Shown here: positions 30,521 through 39,865 of the stretch, piece after piece
Layout: each line of letters opens with the position of its first letter
How positions within the stretch are numbered: the first letter of the stretch is position 1
DNA from: Candidatus Woesearchaeota archaeon
GTDB taxonomy: Archaea > Nanobdellota > Nanobdellia > Woesearchaeales > JACJVV01
Direction: 5' to 3'
Length of the DNA stretch: 64,000 nt
Assembly: GCA_047602755.1 (NCBI GenBank)
Contig: JBLKOM010000006.1
Location: 77,561-141,560, forward strand
Position numbers and translations under genes: made by a program
Notes under the pieces: model-generated
Told to the model about the DNA's origin: nothing
The model's input: the letters and a program-made list of their open reading frames with translations, nothing else
The model's database searches: none

Positions 30521-31312
30521 TTATTTACTATTCTCAAAATAATTTTTAAATATAATTCTAGCAATAGTAAGACATGGTACAACAATAAATATTGCATAGA
30601 TTAAAACAAGCACATAATGTATACTTGCAATTAATTCTGCAATCACTGGATGACTTAGTATTATAATAAATAGCAAACATAAAGAATAAACTGGGAATAA
30701 TTTTGTAAATCTTTTTATTGCTACATTAAAAGATAATTTAAAATTTTTTTTTCTGCTCATTAATGAAGATATAATTAAAAAATACATTATTAATATCATT
30801 ATTATCCATATTAAGTACTGTGCTGGAGGTCTGGAAAAATCAGAACCTGGTGTTGTATAACTTATAAAATAAAAATATATAGATAATAATTCAACGATAG
30901 CCAACATTAATAGCCATGGGATAGAGATAATAAAAAAATTTTTTAGATATTTTGAAAGACCTTCAAAAGAAATATGTTTAATATTATAAGAGATGTAATT
31001 TGTAGTTCCAATTAAGATACTGAATATAAAATATATACTTATAAACATCATTATAACTAATATAAGTACCATCAATAAATATTGAGAGGTTAAAGGATTA
31101 AATATTATTGAGAATAATGTTGGAGCTTGATTAATGCCTTGTCCAGACATAGCAATAATACCAACTGCATCAAGGTATTCTTGAATTTTAAATAAGTAAG
31201 CTGATGATATAAAACCAAATAATAATATAAAAAGAGTGTCAATCATTACTGAATTAAAAAAATTAAGTTTATGTGAAAATGCTATTTTTAACGAATGTTT
31301 TATTTTTTCCAT
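30521..31312 (-). CDS. polytopic membrane protein (263 aa)
   Basis: ORF with several hydrophobic helices, 3 nt from the downstream DsbA-like gene. Confidence 0.5.
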   Translation of the reverse strand: MEKIKHSLKIAFSHKLNFFNSVMIDTLFILLFGFISSAYLFKIQEYLDAVGIIAMSGQGINQAPTLFSIIFNPLTSQYLLMVLILVIMMFISIYFIFSILIGTTNYISYNIKHISFEGLSKYLKNFFIISIPWLLMLAIVELLSIYFYFISYTTPGSDFSRPPAQYLIWIIMILIMYFLIISSLMSRKKNFKLSFNVAIKRFTKLFPVYSLCLLFIIILSHPVIAELIASIHYVLVLIYAIFIVVPCLTIARIIFKNYFENSK

Positions 31313-31315
31313 TAG

Positions 31316-31948
31316 TTATTCTCTTTTTTCTCGTTTTAATAACTCATCATATATCTCAAAAGTATTTACACCTTCAAGTTTTATACCATTCACAAATGTT
31401 GTAGGAGTTCCACGAACACCAATATTTGAAGCATGAATACTATCTATTTGAATACTAGACTGAATAGATTGGTTACCCATACATTGATTAAATCTATTCA
31501 TATCAGTACCAATCATTTCAATATAACCCATTGCATTATCAACTGTAAATTGTGCTGAAAAGAAGAAAGATGCAAGTTCATAACCAAGACCTTGTTCGTT
31601 TGTACATTCAAATGCCATTGCAGAGAAAATATCTTTATCATCTTGGAAATCAACTAAGTGTTTTACTAAAAAATTTACATCAGGATGCGTTACCATAAGA
31701 TTCTTAACAATATGATGATGCTCAAGACTAAAAGGGCAACTAAAACTAATAAAATATACAAAAGTAATATTTGAATCAGGGTTTGAGCCTCTATACGCAT
31801 CATCAAAAACAAGTTTATTGTGTAATGAAGTATCCAATGAATCAATACTTGGATAATCAACAATAAAAAGAATTTCTAAAAAAGAAGCAATAGCAACTAC
31901 TAGAAATAAAATTGCTCCTAAAATTAGTAAATAATTTTTATCTTTCAT
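31316..31948 (-). CDS. DsbA-like thioredoxin-fold protein with a CxxS (CPFS) motif and an N-terminal membrane anchor
   Basis: FVYFISFSCPFSLEHH (thioredoxin-fold active-site position with the second Cys replaced by Ser). C-terminal GVRGTPTTFVNG is typical of DsbA-family proteins. Overlaps the upstream membrane-protein gene by 4 nt. Confidence 0.55.
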   Translation of the reverse strand: MKDKNYLLILGAILFLVVAIASFLEILFIVDYPSIDSLDTSLHNKLVFDDAYRGSNPDSNITFVYFISFSCPFSLEHHHIVKNLMVTHPDVNFLVKHLVDFQDDKDIFSAMAFECTNEQGLGYELASFFFSAQFTVDNAMGYIEMIGTDMNRFNQCMGNQSIQSSIQIDSIHASNIGVRGTPTTFVNGIKLEGVNTFEIYDELLKREKRE

Positions 31949-32646
31949 TTTTTGAATACTATCATTTTATTTAATGTTAGCCAACAAGCTAGTGTTAAAA
32001 ATATAATAATAGAATTTAATGTTTCATAAATATAATATGCCTCATGTGTTGTACTAAAGATCTTAAAAAATAATAATATTATGTTTGATAATAGATAAGC
32101 GACTAAAACTATTAAAAAATTTGAACCAATAATTATTAACAATTTTTTTTTAATATCTTTAAAACCTTTCCATAAACTAAACCAGAATTTTTTATTGGTA
32201 TAAGGTTGATAATTTAGAAAAGATAAATAACCTAAAAGAAATAAGAAAACAACTAAACCAATTCTTAAATAAGGTTGAGAAGTTTCAATAAATACATTGT
32301 TAATAATCCAAGTAGGTAATACAGCAAGCAAAAAAAGAATAATAAATATCACTAAAAATGCAAGGCCATGTTTCCATAAAATAGTTATAAAAGATTTTTC
32401 TATATTAATAATTCGAAGAAAAAAATACTTTAAAATTGAATAAGCAAAAAAAATACCTAAAAAAATAATTATTGTGATATTAAAAGCTGAACTCATACTA
32501 ATTATTCTACTAGATGCAGATTCAGCAAAATTTCCTATTTGAAGTACTATTAACAAGAATATTATATCTAATCCATATGTAAAATAAAACTTTTTATCTT
32601 TGAAATTTTTAAATACAGTTAATAATTGTTTAAAATAAGTTATCAT
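31945..32646 (-). CDS. polytopic membrane protein (233 aa)
   Basis: ORF with several hydrophobic helices, translationally coupled to the DsbA-like gene. Confidence 0.5.
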   Translation of the reverse strand: MITYFKQLLTVFKNFKDKKFYFTYGLDIIFLLIVLQIGNFAESASSRIISMSSAFNITIIIFLGIFFAYSILKYFFLRIINIEKSFITILWKHGLAFLVIFIILFLLAVLPTWIINNVFIETSQPYLRIGLVVFLFLLGYLSFLNYQPYTNKKFWFSLWKGFKDIKKKLLIIIGSNFLIVLVAYLLSNIILLFFKIFSTTHEAYYIYETLNSIIIFLTLACWLTLNKMIVFKK

Positions 32647-32801
32647 ACAAATAAATTAGAATAAATGCTTTATAAATATTGTTAATAACGATGAAATCCT
32701 TATAAAATAAGAAAAATTTAATTTATTTCAAATTTAACTATTAAATAATAGACAAAAATACTTAAATAAAGACATTATAAAAACATTAAAAAGAGGTAAA
32801 T

Positions 32802-33509
32802 ATGAAAGATTCTACATTAAAAAAAATAAAAAAGCAACCAATAGTTATCGAGGGATTTCCTGGATTTGGACTTGTGAGTAGTATTGTTACTGAATTTTTA
32901 ATAAGTCATTTATCATGTGAAAAGATAGATGAACATTATTTTGATGAACTCCCAGCAAATATAGCAATTCATGAGGGAAAATTGGTTGAACCAATAGGAA
33001 TTTATTATAATGAAAGATTTAATGTTGTTATTATTCATTCAATCATTGCAGGAAATGGTATTGAATGGAAAGCTGCAGATTTTGTAATAGATTTGTGTAA
33101 TAAAGTAAAAGCAAAAGAATTAATTTCTATTGAAGGAGTAGGTAGTGGAGAGGAATCAAAAGGAAGAACCTTCTTTTTTACTACAGATAATAAAAAAAGT
33201 GAAGAATTAAAATTATTAGGGTTAAAACCTATGAAAGAAGGAATAATAATGGGTGTTACGTCTGCATTATTACTAAAAAAGAATTTACCAATGACATGCA
33301 TATTTGGAGAGGCAAATAGTGAAATCCCAGACAATAATGCTGCAGCAAAAATAGTTGAAATATTAGACGACATAATTGGGTTTAATGTTGATCCAAAACC
33401 ATTAAGACAAAGTGCAAAATTATTTGAAGAAAAATATAGAGCAATATTTGAACAAATGGGTAATGCTACCAAAGAAAAAGATAAAAAAACATTAAGCTAT
33501 GTAGGATAA
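32802..33509 (+). CDS. PAC2-family (proteasome assembly chaperone-like) protein
   Basis: N-terminus QPIVIEGFPGFGLVSSIVTEFLISHL resembles the PAC2/PbaA family GxPGxGxVG start. About 235 aa, as expected for the family. Confidence 0.5.
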   Translation: MKDSTLKKIKKQPIVIEGFPGFGLVSSIVTEFLISHLSCEKIDEHYFDELPANIAIHEGKLVEPIGIYYNERFNVVIIHSIIAGNGIEWKAADFVIDLCNKVKAKELISIEGVGSGEESKGRTFFFTTDNKKSEELKLLGLKPMKEGIIMGVTSALLLKKNLPMTCIFGEANSEIPDNNAAAKIVEILDDIIGFNVDPKPLRQSAKLFEEKYRAIFEQMGNATKEKDKKTLSYVG

Positions 33510-34160
33510 GACCAGTTTCTTTGTTTATAATAATATATACCTAACATACTAATTTCTTAACTAACTAATTAGATTAAGCATAAAAAAATATAAATTCTCA
33601 CTTTTTGGAATAATCACCTTATTTTAATTAAAAAAAACACAAAATATACAAAAAAGTATACTGATTTAATGGTGCCTAAATTTCAAGACATAATAATCTA
33701 GTAAACATATACATAAATAGCTAAATTATTGATATAAATGTCTCACTTTTATCATTATTTTTCTTGGATCATTCCAATAATTACAGAAAAATAAGGTATT
33801 ATTACGCTTATAACTAAAAATATATTGAAATATTTATAGTTTGAATAGGATAATTAAAAAATACGCCAGTTTTTAATAAAAAGGCCAGATTATTTTAGTA
33901 AATACGATATCTAAATAAAAACCGAAATATATATTGATTAAAATGGATTAGTTGTTAAAGATAAATTTGAAAATTCTAGCTAATACTAGTATCATTCTAA
34001 CTAATAGTATGTGATTTTCGCAGAATATTATTTAGTATTTTATTTCTTTCACTTTATTGACTTATATTCAAATAATATAACTATTTATTTTCAATATTTA
34101 AATTAAAGAGCATGTCAAATCAGAAAAAAATAACCCCAAAAAATACTAATTCTAAATGCT

Positions 34161-34188
34161 ATTATCCCAGAATATAACTCTCACTTTT
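34161..34188. repeat. inverted copy of the iteron-like unit (ATTATCCCAGAATATAACTCTCACTTTT, about 26/27 match to the reverse complement of 38167-38199). Partial TCTCACTTTT copies lie at about 33596 and about 33741
   Basis: Direct comparison with the reverse complement of the 38.1-38.4 kb array. Confidence 0.7.
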
Positions 34189-34400
34189 AGCAAAAACAAA
34201 TTATATTCAAATATTTATTTTAAATATTTAAAAATATTATCAAAAATATGTTTTATAAGATATAAGATTCAAAAATTATAAAATAATATGTATTTTAGAT
34301 AAATTATAAATTATTATTATTTATAAGATGATATCATTTAAATAAATATATATTGAATAACATAAATATTTATATATTTAACCATTTAATAATAGTTAAA

Positions 34401-34847
34401 ATGACTGAAAAATTAGATGATAAAATTCAAGAAACAAAGCATAAATACCACATTATTGCCGTCGATGATGAGCCTGCTATGAGAAATCTCATTGAAAAAG
34501 TACTTGATAGAAGTCAAAACTTTACTGTTTATATGTGTGCAACAGGTAAAGAAGTGTTAGAACGATTAGAAGATTTAGCAGTTAATGAAGGACTTTCAAC
34601 CCATTATCATGCATTATTAACAGATTTAAATATGCCTGAAATGAATGGTGTTGAACTTGCAAGACAAGTAAAAAAACTAACTCCAAATATGCCAATATAC
34701 GCTTTTAGTGGAGGATTTGGTGGACAAATTCCTGATGATTTATTCAATGGGAATATTAAAAAACCAGTATCACCTTCTGAACTAAAATCAACATTAAAAA
34801 CCTATCTTGATCAAGTTTATGCAAGCCAAAGGACTCATCAAGATTAA
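34401..34847 (+). CDS. single-domain response regulator (CheY-like receiver)
   Basis: HIIAVDDEPAMRNLIEKVL...LLTDLNMPEMNGVELARQVKKL...K (receiver-domain acidic pocket, phospho-Asp and Lys). The ORF-track start at 34353 adds an unlikely hydrophobic extension, so the ATG at 34401 is preferred. Confidence 0.65.
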   Translation: MTEKLDDKIQETKHKYHIIAVDDEPAMRNLIEKVLDRSQNFTVYMCATGKEVLERLEDLAVNEGLSTHYHALLTDLNMPEMNGVELARQVKKLTPNMPIYAFSGGFGGQIPDDLFNGNIKKPVSPSELKSTLKTYLDQVYASQRTHQD

Positions 34848-35298
34848 GTAAAACTATTCAAAACCGAAAAAATTAGCCTTTCATTTATAAAGGAAGCTTA
34901 TAAATAGCTTAAATTTCTTCTTTTTTTTATGTTGATGAAGTTTGATACCTAAAAAAAACTTAAAGTTTTCATTTTGGGCTTAATTTTAGCCAGGATTGCA
35001 ATAAAATCCCGACAAAAATCACGAACTATCAAAAATAAAAATTATCAAAAATTGATACTTTCTTGAGAAATCCCGTATATGTCGCTATAATCCCCTCTTA
35101 AATGGATTTATTCCGACAAATAAGGTTAAGGTACTTTTCACCAATAAGCCCCATTCAACAACAAAATCTACAAAAAGAACTAAAAAAGTGATAATTAGGG
35201 GATTATCCAGTACACATTTGATAAAGTGTAAAAAACCTAAAAAAAACGAGAAAATATTGTTTTTATTGTTTCAAAACCAAGCATTATGATCTGAAATA

Positions 35299-35487
35299 CT
35301 AACATAAAATAACACCTTCTTCAAGTACACGAAACATCTCAGAACGCTTGTTTTTAACAAAATCTGCCTTACAAGAATCACAGTTGTAAACTTTGATTTG
35401 TCTATGCCGTGAAACTTGAACTTTGCTAGGACTTATTTTTTGTCCGCAAGATGGACAAGGTATTTTTTCACTTAGGAAATCGAACAT
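35299..35487 (-). CDS. small Cys4 zinc-ribbon protein (62 aa)
   Basis: CPSCGQ...x17...CDSC. Confidence 0.45.
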   Translation of the reverse strand: MFDFLSEKIPCPSCGQKISPSKVQVSRHRQIKVYNCDSCKADFVKNKRSEMFRVLEEGVILC

Positions 35488-35547
35488 TTTTTCACCTCTT
35501 AGCTACTCTCATGCTGAGGTTTCATCACTAAATTTACTTCATTAAAT

Positions 35548-36072
35548 TTATTCATCATCTTTGTCTAAATTTGAATCTGTTGAGTTACTTTGATTAGTAT
35601 TTTCTAAGTTATCATCTGATCTTAATTTATCCTTTTTTAACTCATTTTGGAACTTGTGAACAATATCAAGTGTGGTACTTAAATGATTTTGAATAGTGTA
35701 TTCGGCCTTTTTAAAAGCTGATTCCATATTTGAACCGTTTAGTTCATATCCTGTAATTATTCTTCCGTCGCTAACAAAAGATGTTTTTTTAAGGAAATTT
35801 AATACCAACCAGCGGTTTAAATGGTCATACATTGTTTGTCTTTTAATACCTGCTTGTAAACCCATTTCTTCTACTGTCATAACTGCTAACTCAGGTTTTC
35901 TATCACGATTTGCCAATTTTTTGCGTTCATAAAGTTCAATTAAAAGCTTATGAAATTTGGCTAGAGCATCCTTTTTTCTAGGCACTATGCCAAGTCTTGC
36001 AAGTATTATTTTTGCCAATTCCTCTGAAGAGGCACTATCTACTGGTTCTACTAAATCCAGTTCAATCTTCAT
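35548..36072 (-). CDS. winged-helix DNA-binding protein (174 aa)
   Basis: The central segment (MTVEEMGLQAGIKRQTMYDHLNRWLVLNFLKK) looks like an HTH recognition helix plus wing. Acidic S/N/D-rich tail. Confidence 0.5.
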   Translation of the reverse strand: MKIELDLVEPVDSASSEELAKIILARLGIVPRKKDALAKFHKLLIELYERKKLANRDRKPELAVMTVEEMGLQAGIKRQTMYDHLNRWLVLNFLKKTSFVSDGRIITGYELNGSNMESAFKKAEYTIQNHLSTTLDIVHKFQNELKKDKLRSDDNLENTNQSNSTDSNLDKDDE

Positions 36073-36143
36073 AAGTTTTGAGTATATTAGTATACATATT
36101 TATATATTTTTTGGTCGTTATCCCCTAAAAAGAAAGTAAGAAA

Positions 36144-36680
36144 TCATAAATTTAGAACATTTTGCTTCATCTGAATATCTCTGAATTTAGAATCTAACCG
36201 AATGAAAATAGATTGATCAAGATAGTTTTTTACAATAGGAACTCCTTTTTCAATTAAAGAAATCACATATTCTCTAACTAATGTGGTCGACATTTTTAAA
36301 ACTTCAGAAAGTAAAAAATATGTAATTTTAGCATTTTCAATATCAAGCTCATAGATTACTCGAAATACTTTTTTTTCCTCATCTGTTAAGGGCAGAACAG
36401 AAAAAGATTCTTGTTCTTCATCGTCTAAAAAATAGATATTTTGAGATTTGTACTGCTTGATAAATCGATGGATATCAGTAAGAACACTTTCAATTTTATC
36501 AATTCTAGTTTCCAATTTTAGCAATAACTCGTAATTACTTTGAATCTCGCTAGTATTTTCATTTATTGCATCTAAATGGTCTTCAAATTCTTTTTTTACC
36601 TTAGAAAAAGCTTTTCTTGTCTCTTTTTCAATTTTATCTAGCTTTCTAGATTCTATAAATGATTTTAAAAGCTTATCCAA
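36144..36680 (-). CDS. coiled-coil plus C-terminal winged-helix protein (178 aa)
   Basis: N-terminal heptad repeats. C-terminal ...LTDEEKKVFRVIYELDIENAKITYFLLSEVLKMSTTLVREYVISLIEKGVPIVKNY (wHTH-like). Confidence 0.5.
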   Translation of the reverse strand: MDKLLKSFIESRKLDKIEKETRKAFSKVKKEFEDHLDAINENTSEIQSNYELLLKLETRIDKIESVLTDIHRFIKQYKSQNIYFLDDEEQESFSVLPLTDEEKKVFRVIYELDIENAKITYFLLSEVLKMSTTLVREYVISLIEKGVPIVKNYLDQSIFIRLDSKFRDIQMKQNVLNL

Positions 36681-36778
36681 TGTTTAATCCCCCACTAGAC
36701 CTATAAGCTAAGCATTTAAATGAATATTGGTTGAAGAAAGTATAGCATAAAATAATTTGATTGATTCATCTAGAAATA

Positions 36779-37792
36779 TTATCTTGGATGTACGGCATTA
36801 TCTAAAGCATAAAAATAATGCTTTTCTTTTCCCTCATGCAGCACATGTATTCCTTCTTCTTCTTCAATCTCAGTTAAAATACGATAAAATGAAGATTTTG
36901 AAACAATCCCTTGGTCCTCGACAACAATCTCTCTTAAATCCAATCCTGAAATTTTTTGATGTTTCTTAATTAACGACATTAACATACTTTTTACGTATTC
37001 CTTTGAATGCCTAGTCACTTTTTTGAATATACGTTCCTTAAGATTTTGCTTTGGAGATGTTTTATCTTGAAGAGTATTTAGATTAGTTTTAAGCTCTGAA
37101 ATCTGATTATTGAGATCAGAAAGCTGTTGAAATACAGCTGGTGTTTGTATAGTAACTTCTGGTAAAGTTTGAATAGGTTGAAGTTGAGAAATTGCAGGAT
37201 TTTTAGGTAGACTAGATATAATTTCTTCTTTTAACTCAACTCTTAAATCATCTCGTAAATCATGCCTTAAATCATATCTTAAATCCTGCCTTAAATCACG
37301 TCTGATATCCTGCTTAAAATCATGCATTTTTAGCTTGATTTCTTGCTCCATTTCATTACGATTAGGTATTGTCTTGGAAAATTCCTCTAAGCGTTGAAAA
37401 ATACTCTTTTGATTTGAATATAAAGCACCTATATGCTCATTAAACTCACTACGCATTGAAACTAATGATTTATTTATAGTTTCAATATTAGCATAATATT
37501 CGTCGACAAAATGCTTTATTTCTTGCTTTGTTAAAATATCACTTAAACGATGATTAACAAGCACTAAATTAGCATTAATCTTGTCCTGACCATGATGAAG
37601 ATAATTGACCCATTGCTTTAGATGTGTTACGTCGTCTTTAACATTTTTAAATGAATCTTGTAAAGAATTATCTAATTTTTCTAGCCTTACTTCTACCTTG
37701 TTATTGATCTTTTCTTGAGATTTCCATTTTGAAAAAAACATAGCTGTAATTTGATCGTATTTATTTATAAAAATTATTGTTCTGAGGGACAA
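36779..37792 (-). CDS. coiled-coil protein with a DLR-repeat segment and a C-terminal winged helix (337 aa). Same architecture as the 178-aa neighbour
   Basis: DIRRDLRQDLRYDLRHDLRDDLR tandem peptide repeat. C-terminal ...GLDLREIVVEDQGIVSKSSFYRILTEIEEEEGIHVLHEGKEKHYFYAL. Confidence 0.5.
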   Translation of the reverse strand: MSLRTIIFINKYDQITAMFFSKWKSQEKINNKVEVRLEKLDNSLQDSFKNVKDDVTHLKQWVNYLHHGQDKINANLVLVNHRLSDILTKQEIKHFVDEYYANIETINKSLVSMRSEFNEHIGALYSNQKSIFQRLEEFSKTIPNRNEMEQEIKLKMHDFKQDIRRDLRQDLRYDLRHDLRDDLRVELKEEIISSLPKNPAISQLQPIQTLPEVTIQTPAVFQQLSDLNNQISELKTNLNTLQDKTSPKQNLKERIFKKVTRHSKEYVKSMLMSLIKKHQKISGLDLREIVVEDQGIVSKSSFYRILTEIEEEEGIHVLHEGKEKHYFYALDNAVHPR

Positions 37793-37807
37793 TAATAGGA
37801 CTGTTTT

Positions 37808-38648
37808 GGGAATGAAATGGGAATGAAAAAATAATTTTATCGACTATAAAATAGTCTCATTCCCAAAAAATAAGACTATTCTGGGAATATATTGGGAATG
37901 AGTTAGGAATGAAGCAAAAAGATAGGCATATTTTGATAAAAAAAAGCATGCAAATTGAAGTAAAAGTAACAAAGAAATTGAAGCAAAAAATAGAAGAATA
38001 TTACTTAATAACAATATTTTTAGGCACCATGGAAATAACCTAAAATTATGCTTAAAATAGATCATAATAAGCATTTAATAATTATGCAAATGTATAATAT
38101 AGCAAAAAGTGAGCAAAAACAAAGAAAAAATAACCAAAATAAAGCAAAAAACCACTAAAAATGGTAAAAAGTGAGAGTTATATTCTGGATAAATCCCCTA
38201 AAATAATCAAAAAATGGTAAAAAGTGAGAGTTATAATATGCTAAAATCCCGAAAAGAGTAGAAAAAGTATTGAAAGTGAGAATTAGTTAGGTTATAATCC
38301 CCTAAAATAAGCAGTAAAAAGCAATAAGTGAGATATTATTATGGGTTAATCCCCTATTTTTAGTTATAGTTAATAAAAATAGAGAAAAATAGCAGATTTC
38401 TGATTATTTAATGTAAAATATCCTTAAAAACAGCCTAATTGTATTAATGAATGCTTAATATTACATAAAGTCTAATTTCTAAAATTAATCCAAATACTAC
38501 CTTAATTAATTTTAAAAATCACCAATTGTAATAATCCTATTATCATTCCTAACTTCATTCCTAACTTCATTCCCAACTTCATTCCCAACTATAAATAGGA
38601 CTATTTGTCGACGATGAATTGATTTATTGTGGGAATGAGAATGAATTC
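37808..38648. repeat. composite repeat region: GGAATGA(A/G)-type repeats (37808-37915) and, in inverted orientation, a 12-bp CATTCC(T/C)AACTT x4 tandem (38545-38592), bracketing five iteron-like direct repeats AAAGTGAGA-N17-19-(T)AATCCC(C/G)TAAAATAA (38104-38361)
   Basis: Direct reading. Iteron units are near 38104, 38167-38206, 38220-38256, 38276-38310 and 38324-38361. Confidence 0.8.
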
Positions 38649-38768
38649 AATATAAAAAATATAGCAAAAAATTTAACAAGGAAAACTTAATAAAAACTGT
38701 ATGAATTAATAATAAATATTTAATCAAAAAAGTAATAAAGAATAAAGTATTTTACCGACTTATCTAAT

Positions 38769-39413
38769 ATGGCAACAAAAAAATCTTTAGCAGTTAGCTT
38801 ATCAAAACTAAATACAATTAAAGGAACAAGCTTGAGATTAGAGCAATATCAAACTGATTCTGAACTTGCGGCTACGCTATTATGGCAAGCTAATATGTGT
38901 GGTGATATCGATAGTTCATTTATATATGATTTAGGATGCGGTAACGGAATATTTGGTATAGGGGCACTTTTACTTGGTGCTGAGCATACCATCTTTGTAG
39001 ATGTAGATCCCAACGCAATTCAAATATTAAATAAAAATCTAAATTTAACAGGATTTATTGATAAATCAACTGTAATTAATAAAAATATATCATTACTTGA
39101 ATTTGAAGTAAACCAAGAAAAAAGAAGGAAAAAAAATGTAGTAATAATGAACCCGCCTTTTGGGACTCATGATAAGAATGCTGATAAATTATTTCTTGTT
39201 AATTCATTTAAATTTGCTGATGTTATTTATAGTATTCATTATGGGGACTCAAGAGGATTTTTAGAGGCTATAGTAAAAGATTATAATTTTAAAATAACAT
39301 GGATTGAGTCTAATAAGTTTATCATTTCAAAAAGTAATATTAATCATAAAAAAAACAAGCATGAAGTAGATATAGTTCTAGTAAGAATTGAGAAATGTGC
39401 ATCTTTAGAATAA
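38769..39413 (+). CDS. SAM-dependent N6-adenine methyltransferase, COG2263/METTL5-like (predicted RNA methylase)
   Basis: LGCGNGIFGIGALLLGAEHTIFVDVD (SAM motif I) and VVIMNPPFGT (NPPF motif IV). About 210 aa. Confidence 0.65.
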   Translation: MATKKSLAVSLSKLNTIKGTSLRLEQYQTDSELAATLLWQANMCGDIDSSFIYDLGCGNGIFGIGALLLGAEHTIFVDVDPNAIQILNKNLNLTGFIDKSTVINKNISLLEFEVNQEKRRKKNVVIMNPPFGTHDKNADKLFLVNSFKFADVIYSIHYGDSRGFLEAIVKDYNFKITWIESNKFIISKSNINHKKNKHEVDIVLVRIEKCASLE

Positions 39414-39465
39414 GAATAAAGAGATTTGAGAAACATTTTTAAATATATCAAGATTTGTCAGCGAC

Positions 39466-39744
39466 ATGGAAATAGAAATTCTAGAAGAAAGCAAAAATAA
39501 GATTCATTTTAAGATAAAAGGAGAAGATCACACAATACTGAATCTTCTAAAAGAAGAATTGTGGAATGATAAAAATGTTAAAATAGCAGCGTATAGAATG
39601 GATCACCCTTTAATAGGAATTCCTGAGATGACTGTTGAAGTAACACAAGGTAATGAGGCTAAAAAAGCTATAATTGATGCTGTAAAAAGACTTGACAAAA
39701 AGCTAGATAAAGTTAAGGATGAGTTTAAATCAGCACTTAAATAG
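39466..39744 (+). CDS. rpoL: DNA-directed RNA polymerase subunit L (Rpo11/RpoL)
   Basis: MEIEILEESKNKIHFKIKGEDHTILNLLKEELWNDKNVKIAAYRMDHPLIGIPEMTVEV matches the archaeal RpoL/Rpb11 pattern (EGEDHTLxNLL, AAYxxxHPL). Confidence 0.8.
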   Translation: MEIEILEESKNKIHFKIKGEDHTILNLLKEELWNDKNVKIAAYRMDHPLIGIPEMTVEVTQGNEAKKAIIDAVKRLDKKLDKVKDEFKSALK

Positions 39745-39865
39745 TTGCAATTAGTATTCTTATTAGTATATTAGTTTCTTTATATATATAAAGCGTTAGA
39801 TTTATATATTTCCTAGTGCCTAAAAATAAATTGAATAGTATTGGATAATTATAGATAATTATAAA

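Noticed and set aside
34353-34400. Upstream extension of the response-regulator ORF (MNNINIYIFNHLIIVK)
   Set aside because: A hydrophobic, AT-codon-driven extension. Receiver domains normally begin about 5-15 aa before the DD pocket, which fits the ATG at 34401.
33510-34400. Search for an rRNA, an RNase P/SRP RNA or a second tRNA in the long noncoding stretches
   Set aside because: No GC-rich stem-rich segment of suitable length was found. These regions are extremely AT-rich apart from the iteron-like motifs.
38104-38361. Possible CRISPR array (regularly recurring approximately 50-bp units)
   Set aside because: The repeats are degenerate. No uniform-length unique spacers separate identical repeats, no leader or cas genes are present, and the units occur in inverted orientation elsewhere. 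It is better explained as an iteron or binding-site array.
38545-38592. GGAAT/CATTCC-containing tandem repeat resembling human satellite III, considered as possible eukaryotic contamination
   Set aside because: It is embedded in contiguous archaeal sequence with the same AT-rich composition. The unit is 12 bp (CATTCCTAACTT) rather than a 5-bp satellite, and it mirrors repeats 700 bp away.
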